Source: Ignavibacteriota bacterium
Lineage (GTDB): Bacteria > Bacteroidota > Ignavibacteria > UBA10030 > CAVZMI01
DNA length: 64,000 nt
Assembly (NCBI GenBank): GCA_963776275.1
Contig: CAVZMI010000023.1
Span: forward strand, 1-64,000
Reading direction: 5' to 3'
Shown here piece after piece: positions 27,258 through 37,537 of this stretch (positions within the stretch are counted from its first letter, which is position 1; every line of letters starts with the position of its first letter). The notes under the pieces are model-generated. The model was not told where the DNA came from. It searched no databases and saw only the letters and a program-made list of their open reading frames with translations. The translations under genes and the position numbers were made by a program.

Positions 27258-30056
27258 ATGTATAGTCTTGCCGCCTTCATTCATATTGTCGTGCTTTTGA
27301 TGATTACATGGTATTCCCTACGATCATATGATGAATGTTGGCTCCATAAGAGTTTCGCAGTACTGATTCTTGTTTGGTCAAATTTAGTTATTACGGCTTT
27401 GTTTCTGAGCCTCTTTTCTGCACTCGGTTCTCTACCCCTTTATTTCTTCGTCTCAATTATTCTTGCGATTGTAACGGCTCTCGTAGTGCCGCACTTTACA
27501 AAATCAATGGCTGCCAATTATTCCTGTACGATAATGCAGGGGAAAAGCGCCCGGTCATGGTTGATGACAACGTCATTGATTCTTCTGCTCATTTGCTTTA
27601 TTTGTACAAGTGTCATTTGCTTGTTATACTATCCAAACAACTGGGATACTGAATCGTATCGCTTTGGACGGGTATTTCTTTATTTAGGGCAGGGAAACTT
27701 GAGCCATATCCCCTGTCCGGATTCAAGACTTTCAGTGTATCCATTTAACGGCACACTTGCCTATCTATACTTCGCAGAATACGCACTCGATGGAAGATGG
27801 TTTAATCTTCTCAGCCTGATATTTTGGAGTTTCGGTGTTGCCGGTTGTTTTGCGTTCGCACGCGATTTGGGTGCTTCGAAAACAGGTTCATTGATTGCGG
27901 CGGCAATTTTTGGGACAACCCCAATCGTTGCGACTGTGGCGGCTTCGACAAATGACGAAATTATCGCAGCCGTACCGCTTCTTATCGGGCTCATATTTCT
28001 TTTTCGTTGGTGGAAATCCCGGAATCGATTCGATTCGATCGTCAGCGGACTTGCCCTTGGCTTGAGTGCAGGAACAAAACTACACATTGTTTTCTTCGTA
28101 CCAATCACAGCTGTAGTGGCAATAATTCTCCTTATTATCCTTATCCAAAAGAAGATGGTTCGTACTGTCATCCGTGAGCGCGGTAAAGGTGCATTGGTCA
28201 TTATAATAATTGCTATCTTCCTTTTTGTACCGTTTATGATTGTCAACATATCACAGGGAGGTTTTACATTTTTTAGTTCCAAATGGGTCAATCCTCTTTT
28301 AAATAAGCCCTTCGATGCAGGTATGGCACTCAAAAACACAACGCTTTTTTCATCTCAATTATTTCTCAGCCCGATTCCCGACCTGATTATTTCACCGGAT
28401 GACGACTTTAAACGAAAGTGTTATCAAAATTTTAATGACTTTTTCAACAAATTGGTTTTTAATAATGTGAATGACGATAAGAATTATTCATTCGCTCATT
28501 ATCGCTTCAGGGGTGTCGCAAATCCGGATGGTTTTTACTCGTTTGAACAAACCTTCTGGCTTGGTTTCATTCCTTTCCTTTTTGTATACGGGCTGATCAC
28601 CCTTTATCGAAACAGGAAATATGTTACTTTTGTGCCTTTCATTCTTATAATACTTTTCTTCTCATGGCACTTTGCCCGTAGTATGCTGACAAAATATATT
28701 GAAACGACGGGAGTATATTATGTATATCCATTTACAATCGCGGCAATGGCGATTGCAGCGATCTGGGATCTTCGTGAACATCAGGGAAGAATTGGTCGAA
28801 AAATAACTCTGATTGGTTTTTCCATAATTATTCTTAGTAACGGAATATTTCTTTCGAACTTGTTCATATATAATATTCAAAGAAATTTCAGTCGGCTTTA
28901 TCAATCACATTTCATTCTGCAGCAGAAATATATGTCAAGAGAAGTCGTCAAGGCAATGCAGGAATCACCAAAAATGAATTTTATTTATACCCGGAGGGGA
29001 TTTCCATACTTCCAGTTTGCGGCTCGAAGTCCGGAAACGCGTTTCACGACAGATACGCAACTTGATCCCACAAAAGTCGATATCCTGAATCTTATGATTT
29101 ATCCTTTCAGAAGCGAGTACGGTCACATACCTATAAAAGTACCCCATCCTCAGAATAATTTATTGACACTCATGGGCTATCTGGAAAATGTTTACGGAAG
29201 AGAAGGAATTTTTGGATTTGGTGGAAATGGCCGTGAGTATAATACCTATGGAACGGACTATAACCTTTTACATTATAAACCAATTTATGATGAAAACGCC
29301 TCGATCCCTAAAACACTCGTTTTCTCTCCAAAGTTGGAGGTGCCGCTCGATTCTCCGTACCAATTTCGATTACTGGTTGTGGAGCCTTCCGGTTCATCTT
29401 TCTATCTGACAGAATGGATCGAGAAGGAACGTATTAGGATGCAAATTCCTCTTCCTCCGATTCCTAGTGGATCAAAGCTGAAGGTTCAAATGCGGCTTCG
29501 GTCTGCGCCTCTGGATATTACTGAAACTCTGTTTCCGCTTGATCGAGGTATTGAGTGGGATATATCGCAAAAAAGTATAACACCAACGGAGTTAGATATC
29601 GGTAAAAGGAATAGACTTGAGGGCGAGGTCTTTCGATGTGATTTGATCGAAAATATCGTACAGAAGGGTTTTTCAGTAAATGGAATGCGGGAACCGGAGG
29701 GCCCGTATGAAAAATGGCAATTGCCACGTGTCCGTTGGGCGAACAATCCTGTCGTAACGCTTACGGTTTCGGAGGAACTGTCAAGGTCGATAAATACTCT
29801 TTCATTGATGTTCAGTATTAGGCCGCAAATTCGGCCGTCGTCTTCATTTTTTGTTCGTCTCAATAATAAAATCATAAAGAAATACGAGCTGAATGATCCG
29901 ACCACATGGGTTGATGATGTAATCGAGTTGCATCCTATGAAAGGATTGAATAAGATTGAACTCATCAGCCGGAGTAAGTTCAAGGTGGCTGCACCATCTG
30001 AAAATCTCCACATATTATTCCGTTCTCTTATGGTAACGGGTAAAAGAAGACACTAG
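27258..30056 (+). CDS. GT-C (ArnT/PMT_2-like) membrane glycosyltransferase with large C-terminal extracytoplasmic domains, paralogue 1
   Basis: Motifs NNWDTESYR and GLSAGTK; about 13 TMs; C-terminal PEGPYEKWQLPRVRWA. Confidence 0.7.
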   Translation: MYSLAAFIHIVVLLMITWYSLRSYDECWLHKSFAVLILVWSNLVITALFLSLFSALGSLPLYFFVSIILAIVTALVVPHFTKSMAANYSCTIMQGKSARSWLMTTSLILLLICFICTSVICLLYYPNNWDTESYRFGRVFLYLGQGNLSHIPCPDSRLSVYPFNGTLAYLYFAEYALDGRWFNLLSLIFWSFGVAGCFAFARDLGASKTGSLIAAAIFGTTPIVATVAASTNDEIIAAVPLLIGLIFLFRWWKSRNRFDSIVSGLALGLSAGTKLHIVFFVPITAVVAIILLIILIQKKMVRTVIRERGKGALVIIIIAIFLFVPFMIVNISQGGFTFFSSKWVNPLLNKPFDAGMALKNTTLFSSQLFLSPIPDLIISPDDDFKRKCYQNFNDFFNKLVFNNVNDDKNYSFAHYRFRGVANPDGFYSFEQTFWLGFIPFLFVYGLITLYRNRKYVTFVPFILIILFFSWHFARSMLTKYIETTGVYYVYPFTIAAMAIAAIWDLREHQGRIGRKITLIGFSIIILSNGIFLSNLFIYNIQRNFSRLYQSHFILQQKYMSREVVKAMQESPKMNFIYTRRGFPYFQFAARSPETRFTTDTQLDPTKVDILNLMIYPFRSEYGHIPIKVPHPQNNLLTLMGYLENVYGREGIFGFGGNGREYNTYGTDYNLLHYKPIYDENASIPKTLVFSPKLEVPLDSPYQFRLLVVEPSGSSFYLTEWIEKERIRMQIPLPPIPSGSKLKVQMRLRSAPLDITETLFPLDRGIEWDISQKSITPTELDIGKRNRLEGEVFRCDLIENIVQKGFSVNGMREPEGPYEKWQLPRVRWANNPVVTLTVSEELSRSINTLSLMFSIRPQIRPSSSFFVRLNNKIIKKYELNDPTTWVDDVIELHPMKGLNKIELISRSKFKVAAPSENLHILFRSLMVTGKRRH

Positions 30057-30136
30057 AATTATTATTTCATAACAAAAAAGGATTAATTATATTTGTCTTG
30101 TCGTTGAATGATAAATATCAAAATTGATTATAGCAT

Positions 30137-30859
30137 ATGAATATTCCGACACTATTTCACATCACGCATTGGAAGGCTGGATCGCAATGGGTTGCAAAAG
30201 TACTCAAGGAGCTATTCCCTGATGAAATCATTCCACCGAGAATTGCGGCTGCCCAGGTTCTCCAAATGCCGATACAAGAACACAAAGTCTATTTGTGTGT
30301 CTATATTGCGAAAGGACAATGGGACCAAATCCAACTTCCAAAAGAGACACGGCGGTTTCTGATTATTCGCGATCTTCGGGATACACTGGTCTCGGCATAT
30401 TTCTCAATGCGATATAGCCATCCCATCATGATAAATCAAATGGAAGAATGGCGTAATTTTTTAAGGACAAATAGTTTGCGTGATGGCATGGTGTATTTAA
30501 TGGAAAATTGGCTTCCGGACAGCGCGAATATACAGCGATCCTGGTTGAAAGCAGGGGAAAAATTTTTCCGTTTTGAAGATATTCTAAAAAACGATATTGT
30601 TTGCTTCGAGAAAATACTTATTGACCATTGTCAGTTACCCATTGAAAAAGCAGTGCTTCATGATATAGTTCGACGAAATAGATTCAACACGTTAAGTAAA
30701 GGCCGGAATCCGGGTGCAGAAGATCGGTTGTCGCATTATCGAAAAGGACTTCCGGGTGATTGGCAGAACTATTTCAGTGAAGAAACAAAAAAGGAATTTA
30801 AGAAACGTTTCAATGATGTTCTCATTCTGACCGGGTATGCGGACAACGATACCTGGTGA
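30137..30859 (+). CDS. Sulfotransferase (Sulfotransfer_1 type)
   Basis: Motifs HITHWKAGSQW (5'-PSB), IRDLRDTLVSAYFS (3'-PB) and RKGLPGDWQNYF. Confidence 0.85.
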   Translation: MNIPTLFHITHWKAGSQWVAKVLKELFPDEIIPPRIAAAQVLQMPIQEHKVYLCVYIAKGQWDQIQLPKETRRFLIIRDLRDTLVSAYFSMRYSHPIMINQMEEWRNFLRTNSLRDGMVYLMENWLPDSANIQRSWLKAGEKFFRFEDILKNDIVCFEKILIDHCQLPIEKAVLHDIVRRNRFNTLSKGRNPGAEDRLSHYRKGLPGDWQNYFSEETKKEFKKRFNDVLILTGYADNDTW

Positions 30860-30879
30860 AAAGTATTTCGATAAAGATA

Positions 30880-31682
30880 ATGGGAAGATGATCAAACTAT
30901 TCGTATGTTTCCGTGAGTTATGGAATAGGCGCGAATTATTATTTTCGCTTACAAAGCGGGATATTAAATCGCGATATCAACAGACTTTTTTTGGAATGGG
31001 CTGGTCTTTGTTTCAGCCGGTAATGCAGGCTGTAGTCTATACAGTTGCCTTCTCGTTGATACTTAAAGTGCCGATTCGCGAAGGAATACCGTACATGAAT
31101 TTTGTGTTCTGTAATCTCACACTCTGGGCCTATTTTGCATCAACAACCCTCAGCGCAATGAACAGCATACGTATGAATTCCGCTTTGATAACACGGGTAG
31201 CGTTCCCGCGTGAAATAATTCCTTTTTCGACCATTCTGTCAGGACTATTCGATTTCATAATTATGTTTATCGTCCTGGTTATTCTAAACGCTTTTGTCGG
31301 CTTTTATCCAAATATCCGATTTCTGTATTTGCCCACGATTATTTTGATTGAAATTCTTTTCATTCTGAATATTTCATTAGTATTAAGTGTGATTTCGATT
31401 GTACGTCGTGATATTACCCATGTCGTGAATTATTTTATTATGCTTTATATGTTTATATCGCCGGTCTTTTTTCCGTTCTCGGCACTACCGGCTGAAATAC
31501 AGCGATATTATTTTCTCAATCCGATGGGGACTCTTCTTGAAGGATTTAAGAATATTATATTTCTTGACAAAGAACCCCGCTGGTTTGCATTGATGATGGT
31601 GATCATAATACTGATCGTTCTTTTTTTCCCCTGTTATATTTTTTTCAAAAAAGCTGAACGTTCCTTCACGGATGTACTATGA
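30880..31682 (+). CDS. wzm: Polysaccharide ABC transporter permease (copy 2)
   Basis: Motifs RDIKSRYQQTFFGMGW, ITRVAFPRE and FLNPM. Start approximate. Confidence 0.9.
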
Positions 31683-33079
31683 TTGCACTTCGTTTCAATA
31701 ATGTCACGAAAATTTATGATCTGCAGGCGGGTCGGGACACTTTTCTCACGACTCTCAGGTTTACTCTGGGCAATGTTAAGCGGAATGATTTCTTCCATGC
31801 CGTTCGTGATATAAATATTGAAATAAAAAAAGGCGAAGCAGTCGGTATCATCGGACGTAATGGAGCGGGGAAAAGTACACTGCTGAAACTTGCGGTCGGG
31901 ATTACCTATCCGACATATGGATCGGTTGAAGTGAACGGTTCGATTGCCGCACTCATAGGACTTGGGGCAGGATTCAATCCCGATTTCACCGGTCGGGAAA
32001 ATATTTTCCTTAATGCTTCGCTATTGGGCGTTCCAAGGAAGAAAGTGGAGGAACGTTTTTCCGAGATTGTCGCCTTTGCAGAATTAGAAGATTTTATCGA
32101 TGTTCCGGTTAAGCGGTACTCTTCGGGGATGTACGCGCGGCTCGGATTTGCCATCGCGACTCACGTTGATGCCGATATCATTGTCATCGATGAAGTACTG
32201 GCTGTAGGAGACATATATTTTCAACAAAAATGCTTTTTATTTTTAGAATCGCTTCTTCAAAAAGGGAAAACTCTTCTATTTGTGAGTCATGATGTAGGCA
32301 GTGTGCGTGAACTATGCGATTCTGTAATATTGCTTGAGAAGGGCGTGAACATATTTCATGGAGATCCAAGAGAAGGTGTAAATAGATACTTACTATTACA
32401 GCAGAAAAAGGATACTGCAAAGGATTCCGAGAATGAAATTCGCGTGGAACCGAAGACTAGTACTGCATCAAATGTGGATATTACGGTTGATAATAAATCG
32501 CAGGAAGGGAAGAGGAAATTCCTGCCGCGCCAATGGTCCGACATCGATGCACTGGATCTTTCTTCCTCTGCTGTTCTTATTGGTGAGAGAGACGTTCATT
32601 GGAAGGGCGTCGTGATCTATGATAAGGACGGAAGTCGCTGCAATTCTTTTTCCATGGGGGATGAAGCGTGGTTTTATTATGAGTTTGAGGTTCTGCGTGA
32701 TATACTTACTCCGTTTGCCGGCGTTGCGATTTATGATAGGAAAGGAATTCTTGTTCACGGAAAGACGACATATCAGCATGGAATACAGCCGCGCCGTACA
32801 GTTGGAAAAAACGCGACGATCCGGGTTATTCAATCGATAAAGCTTCCATTGTCACCCGATACGTATACTTTTGAACTATGGCTCAGCATGATGGAGCCGG
32901 AGACTCATGAACAGCTTCAACATCTTAAAGCAGAACAAATTCAGGCAGGTGTCACCAAACTGATGCATATAAGCAGAGCAGGTTCGATCATTATTACCCC
33001 TAATCCGAACAATATTGCTATCAATAATTTTGGTATAGTCGACTTGCCGGGGAGTGGAGATCTGACAATACTCCCCTGA
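31679..33079 (+). CDS. wzt: Polysaccharide ABC transporter ATPase with a C-terminal carbohydrate-binding (Wzt_C) domain (copy 2)
   Basis: Motifs GRNGAGKS, YSSGMYARLGFA and DEVLAVGD; about 190-aa beta-rich C-terminal extension ending FGIVDLP. Confidence 0.92.
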   Translation: MIALRFNNVTKIYDLQAGRDTFLTTLRFTLGNVKRNDFFHAVRDINIEIKKGEAVGIIGRNGAGKSTLLKLAVGITYPTYGSVEVNGSIAALIGLGAGFNPDFTGRENIFLNASLLGVPRKKVEERFSEIVAFAELEDFIDVPVKRYSSGMYARLGFAIATHVDADIIVIDEVLAVGDIYFQQKCFLFLESLLQKGKTLLFVSHDVGSVRELCDSVILLEKGVNIFHGDPREGVNRYLLLQQKKDTAKDSENEIRVEPKTSTASNVDITVDNKSQEGKRKFLPRQWSDIDALDLSSSAVLIGERDVHWKGVVIYDKDGSRCNSFSMGDEAWFYYEFEVLRDILTPFAGVAIYDRKGILVHGKTTYQHGIQPRRTVGKNATIRVIQSIKLPLSPDTYTFELWLSMMEPETHEQLQHLKAEQIQAGVTKLMHISRAGSIIITPNPNNIAINNFGIVDLPGSGDLTILP

Positions 33080-33127
33080 TAAGTTTTTCCTAAAAAGAAT
33101 CTGATAATATTATCATAGAAGAGTTAT

Positions 33128-36100
33128 ATGATTACGAAAGCCGGAAAAAATCTTGCCTATATTTATTCAACTCCCCGCTCTGGCTCGACATTGCTTGCGG
33201 CGATGCTCGGCGGTCACGATAACGTCTATGTCCCTCCCGAACCATGGTTTCTACTTTTACTTCATTCTCTTCTCTCTTCTGATGATGCGATTGTTGCACA
33301 TTATGACGAAAATCTGGCACGCCGCGCATTTCGAGAATTGTCTCCGGAGAATATCATCACAGAAGCCTCGCAAAACTATGCATTGACGGTATATAATAGT
33401 CTGTTGGAGAAAAACAAAAAAAAATATTTTGTCGATAAAACTCCCCGATATTACCATGTCCTTGAATGGATCGATACGCTATTCCCTGAAGCCAAAAAAA
33501 TACTCTTAGTCCGAAATCCACTCGATATCTTTGCATCATATAAAGATGTGTGGGGAATCGAAGTAGAGGAAATGATCGGTGAACAGCCCTCTCCATTTTC
33601 ATTCGACGCCACGATAGCATATTTCAGATTTCAGGATTTTTATAAGCGATCGCATACAAATATGATCCGGATTTCCTATGAGAATCTTGTGATTGATCCC
33701 CATACCGTGATGCACGGGGTATGCAGTTTTTTAGGATTGGCATTTAACGAGAGGATGATATCCTATGGAGAGAATAAAGAACTACTGACATGGTACGCAA
33801 ATTCCAGCATGGGCGATCGAAAGGTACTTTCCGAAATAGCTCCGCATCGAAAATCATGCGGAAAATGGAAAACAATCCTGACCCCCATGGAAACTCAAAA
33901 GATTGTGACGACGCTCGGGACAAGGATATTCGAAGAGAACGGCTATAAGACCGAATTACAGGAAGCTCTGTTATTTGCTTCGCTGCAATATGAAAAGGTC
34001 GACCGCGAAGGCAGAAAGGAAGAACTCTTTAAACAATATCAGACCTATGTCGAGACGCGGCTTTCATCATCTACAGCCCTATCCAATGTGGCTCTCACAA
34101 GGAAGAATGAAGAGCTCCTGAAATATATAACTACAATAGAGAAGGATAGGCAGGATCGACTCGAGGCAATCCTACGTTATCAGGAACAACTGGATAACTC
34201 TCGTAATGCAATTGAGCAAAAAGAAAAACGAATACAACAACTTCTGGAGGAAACGCTCGGGATTCAGGATCAACTGCTAGACTCTCGTGATGCAATTAAA
34301 CAAAAAGAAAAACGAATACAACAACTTCTGAAGGAATCACTCGAGTTTCAGAATCAACTGGCAGACTCTCGTGATGCGATTGAGCAAAAAGAAATACGAA
34401 TCCAACAACTTCTGACAGGAACGTACGGGTTTCAAAATCAACTGACAGAACTCCGGGATGTCATAGCACAAATCGAAAAAGACAGACAGGCCAGACTCGA
34501 TTCGATACTCTATTACCAAAAAGAACTGGCGGAAGTACAGCGACGGAATCAGGAACTTATCGATACGATTTCTTCGATTGAAAACGACAGGCGGGCCAGA
34601 CTTGAGTCGATACTCTATTACCAAACAGTATTGTCGGATTTACAACATCGGTATGATGTGATCGAAAAAGACCATGCAAATCTTTTGATGTTAGTCGAAA
34701 CATTGAATGGTCATATTGCTGAACTCGGAACATTGGAAACGTCGTTACGCCGGTTCATTGAGTTGTCGTTACGCAGCATCGGTCTCTATGATTTTATTTT
34801 ACGCCACCGAAAAAAGCTTAACCAGGTTTTTCTGTTCGTATTGCACGCGGGGGCCGGATTAGCTTCTGTTATCCGCAAATTCCATCGCAAAAGGGAGCTT
34901 GGTGTAGTGAAAGCAGACACCGCTCCTTTACAAAAACAGACTCTTAAAGAAACATTAAACTCACCCGAGGTCAATGCTTATGTCAATTCACGGTTAATTC
35001 AGGGTGATCTGGAAGACAGTGTAATACACCATTTCCTCGATAATAATTCTTCGTTTTCATCCGTAATCTGTCTCATGCCGGACCCAAATGATCTTCAATT
35101 ACTGATTTTTCTTAAAGAACTCGGGAAATCTGTATTTGTTCTTCATTCTCCGTCCGAAAATTTAAGTCTCATTAAACCGAATATTTCTTTTACAGCGTGC
35201 ATCGCCGATGGATGGTTCATGAAGTATGGCCGGCCGGAACTTTCAAAATATGATGTTCTATTCATAGGAAAGAATTGTTCACATTCGTATTTCCAACTAT
35301 TAAAAAATTATGTTTCACCTCGAACGGCGATGATTCTTCATAATACCAGTTTTTCGGAAGAGTTATTTTTACTTGAGGGTAGGATTAAGGTGACAATCGG
35401 CAGCTTTGTTTCTCTATCTCCTTGCTCCAATTCAAAGGGATTATTCAAGGTATCCGAAGAACGCCGGACAATCGACGGTACACAATGGCCGTGGAAGCAG
35501 TTCAAGTCTGAAATCCCATCGACCATGCCCTCCGGCAGGCCCTGGCCGAGAATATCGGTCGTTACAGCCACACTCAATCAGGGTGATTTCCTTGAAGAGG
35601 CAATTCGCTCGGTGCTGTTACAACGTTATCCGAACCTTGAGTACATCCTCCTCGATGGGGGCTCGACCGATACAACACCCGAGATTCTCAACCGGTATAA
35701 AAATGAGTTCGCAGTGTGTCTAAGTCAAAAGGATAAAGGTCAGGCCGATGCGTTAAACAGGGGTTTCCATCATGCAACCGGAGAAATTCTTGCATGGCTG
35801 AATAGCGACGACCGATATCTTCCCAACACATTTCTTGATGTTGCGCTGGCATTTGATACGTATGCCTGTGATATGGTTGCAGGGGGATGTGCTCTGGTCA
35901 ATAATAACGAAGTAATTCCCTGGAGTGTACATCACACTTTATTACCTCTGGGGGAAAAAGTCCGGCTTCCACTCGATAATCTTCTCGATATCGATGGTTC
36001 CTGGCAAAAAGGCGATTTTTTTTATCAACCGGAAGTGTTCTGGAGCAGGAATATCTGGGAAAAAGCCGGGAGACGAATTGATAGTACTCTCCATTACAGC

Positions 36101-36280
36101 ATGGATTATGAACTCTGGGTAAGAATGGCGATCGCTGAAGCGTCCATTGTTCATATTCCCGAGACGCTTGCGTATTTTCGAATGCATCAACGGCAAAAAA
36201 CAAGCGGTAAGGATTTACCGTTTCTTCCGGAGTTACGAAAGTTGAATAAAAGGCTTCTTAAAGAATTGAGAAAAAAATAA
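33128..36280 (+). CDS. Sulfotransferase / coiled-coil / GT2 multidomain protein
   Basis: Sulfotransferase motifs STPRSGSTLL, VDKTPRY and VRNPLD; long heptad-repeat region; C-terminal GT2 (ISVVTATLNQG, DGGSTD, WLNSDD, MDYELW). Confidence 0.88.
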   Translation: MITKAGKNLAYIYSTPRSGSTLLAAMLGGHDNVYVPPEPWFLLLLHSLLSSDDAIVAHYDENLARRAFRELSPENIITEASQNYALTVYNSLLEKNKKKYFVDKTPRYYHVLEWIDTLFPEAKKILLVRNPLDIFASYKDVWGIEVEEMIGEQPSPFSFDATIAYFRFQDFYKRSHTNMIRISYENLVIDPHTVMHGVCSFLGLAFNERMISYGENKELLTWYANSSMGDRKVLSEIAPHRKSCGKWKTILTPMETQKIVTTLGTRIFEENGYKTELQEALLFASLQYEKVDREGRKEELFKQYQTYVETRLSSSTALSNVALTRKNEELLKYITTIEKDRQDRLEAILRYQEQLDNSRNAIEQKEKRIQQLLEETLGIQDQLLDSRDAIKQKEKRIQQLLKESLEFQNQLADSRDAIEQKEIRIQQLLTGTYGFQNQLTELRDVIAQIEKDRQARLDSILYYQKELAEVQRRNQELIDTISSIENDRRARLESILYYQTVLSDLQHRYDVIEKDHANLLMLVETLNGHIAELGTLETSLRRFIELSLRSIGLYDFILRHRKKLNQVFLFVLHAGAGLASVIRKFHRKRELGVVKADTAPLQKQTLKETLNSPEVNAYVNSRLIQGDLEDSVIHHFLDNNSSFSSVICLMPDPNDLQLLIFLKELGKSVFVLHSPSENLSLIKPNISFTACIADGWFMKYGRPELSKYDVLFIGKNCSHSYFQLLKNYVSPRTAMILHNTSFSEELFLLEGRIKVTIGSFVSLSPCSNSKGLFKVSEERRTIDGTQWPWKQFKSEIPSTMPSGRPWPRISVVTATLNQGDFLEEAIRSVLLQRYPNLEYILLDGGSTDTTPEILNRYKNEFAVCLSQKDKGQADALNRGFHHATGEILAWLNSDDRYLPNTFLDVALAFDTYACDMVAGGCALVNNNEVIPWSVHHTLLPLGEKVRLPLDNLLDIDGSWQKGDFFYQPEVFWSRNIWEKAGRRIDSTLHYSMDYELWVRMAIAEASIVHIPETLAYFRMHQRQKTSGKDLPFLPELRKLNKRLLKELRKK
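34181..34460 (+). repeat. Intragenic 84-bp (28-aa) tandem repeat, three full copies plus a partial
   Basis: Units start at 34181, 34265, 34349 and 34433; consensus QxQLxDSRDAIEQKEKRIQQLL. Confidence 0.9.
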
Positions 36281-37521
36281 TGGAGTGGAAGATCGGAGAA
36301 TACCTTCATTCTGGAAAACGGCTTCGTGTGCTTTTCCTTAATGATGTTGGCTTTCAATATGGAGCGGGAATAGCGCAAATGCGGCAGATTCAATCGTTTC
36401 TACTGATGGGGTGTGAAGTGGCAGGGTTGTGCTGGAGTCATGGAGTTGAAGCGCAGATCCCGTTCATACCTCACGATGCATCGGGCACATGGTTGGGATT
36501 ACGGCAAATGCCTCATCTTCATCGCAGCAGAGGTAGCGATGATGAAATGATTATTAAAGGCCTTCTGGAAGAAATATACGACATTTCTCCCGATCTTATT
36601 GTTGTTGGAAATCTTCATGGAGCACGCTGGCCTTTGGAATTACTCTCTGTTTTGCGGGAACAGGGAATCCCCATGGTTGTATATATGCATGATTTGTTCT
36701 GGCTGAGTGGACGCTGTGCATACTCGGGGGAATGCCTCAAATTTATTTCCGGGTGTGATGCCACCTGTCCTACAGCACATGAATATCCGGAACTTGAGCC
36801 TTCGAAAATCGAGAACGCGTGGAAATTACGCCGTTCACTTTTTTGTGGTCCCGACGGCATCCCGTTAGCAACAAACAGCGACTGGATCACCCGCCTGGCT
36901 CACGATGCACTTGCACCGACTACGAAATCGGAAACGATATATCTCGGTCTGGATACCTGTTTCTATCGTCCAATCGATAAAAAACTTGCCCGTCGTTTGC
37001 TTCGCCTTTCGCAGGATGAATTTATCATTCTTAGCGGTGCCGTTAATGTGTACGAAAACAGAAAAGGAGTAAAATATTTACAGGAAATAATACATTATTT
37101 ACATTCTTCTGCGACGTTCATCGTCTTTGGAGAGAATTCGCTAACGATGGATGGAGTCTATTCTTCCGGTCTCCTGCGGGATTACCGGAAGATGATTCTA
37201 TTATATAATGCCGCAGATGTCTTTATAGGTACAGCCCTGCAAGAGGCTTTCGGCCAGACATTTTGCGAAGCTTCGGCATGCGAGCTCCCTGTCGTCGCAT
37301 TTAATATCGGAGGTGTATCCGAAGTCATCACTGATGCACAGACAGGAATTCTTGTCCCGCCCGGTGATAATAAAGAAATGATTAAAGCGATTGGGACGCT
37401 TCGAAACGATCGTGCATTTCGCGTAGTACTCGGCCGTGCCGGACGGCAACGGATTGAAGAAAAATTTTCGCTGGAAAAACAGAAAGAACGCTGGGTCAAT
37501 TTTTTATTGAATATCAATTAA
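36280..37521 (+). CDS. GT4 glycosyltransferase (WcaC-like)
   Basis: Motifs GNLHG, MHDLFWLSGRCAY, NRKG and EAFGQTFCEA. Confidence 0.88.
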   Translation: MEWKIGEYLHSGKRLRVLFLNDVGFQYGAGIAQMRQIQSFLLMGCEVAGLCWSHGVEAQIPFIPHDASGTWLGLRQMPHLHRSRGSDDEMIIKGLLEEIYDISPDLIVVGNLHGARWPLELLSVLREQGIPMVVYMHDLFWLSGRCAYSGECLKFISGCDATCPTAHEYPELEPSKIENAWKLRRSLFCGPDGIPLATNSDWITRLAHDALAPTTKSETIYLGLDTCFYRPIDKKLARRLLRLSQDEFIILSGAVNVYENRKGVKYLQEIIHYLHSSATFIVFGENSLTMDGVYSSGLLRDYRKMILLYNAADVFIGTALQEAFGQTFCEASACELPVVAFNIGGVSEVITDAQTGILVPPGDNKEMIKAIGTLRNDRAFRVVLGRAGRQRIEEKFSLEKQKERWVNFLLNIN

Positions 37522-37537
37522 AGAAAAAAGATAGAAG

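Noticed and set aside
34181-34460. Regularly spaced repeats as a CRISPR array
   Set aside because: They are in-frame coding tandem repeats without unique spacers, and no cas genes are present.
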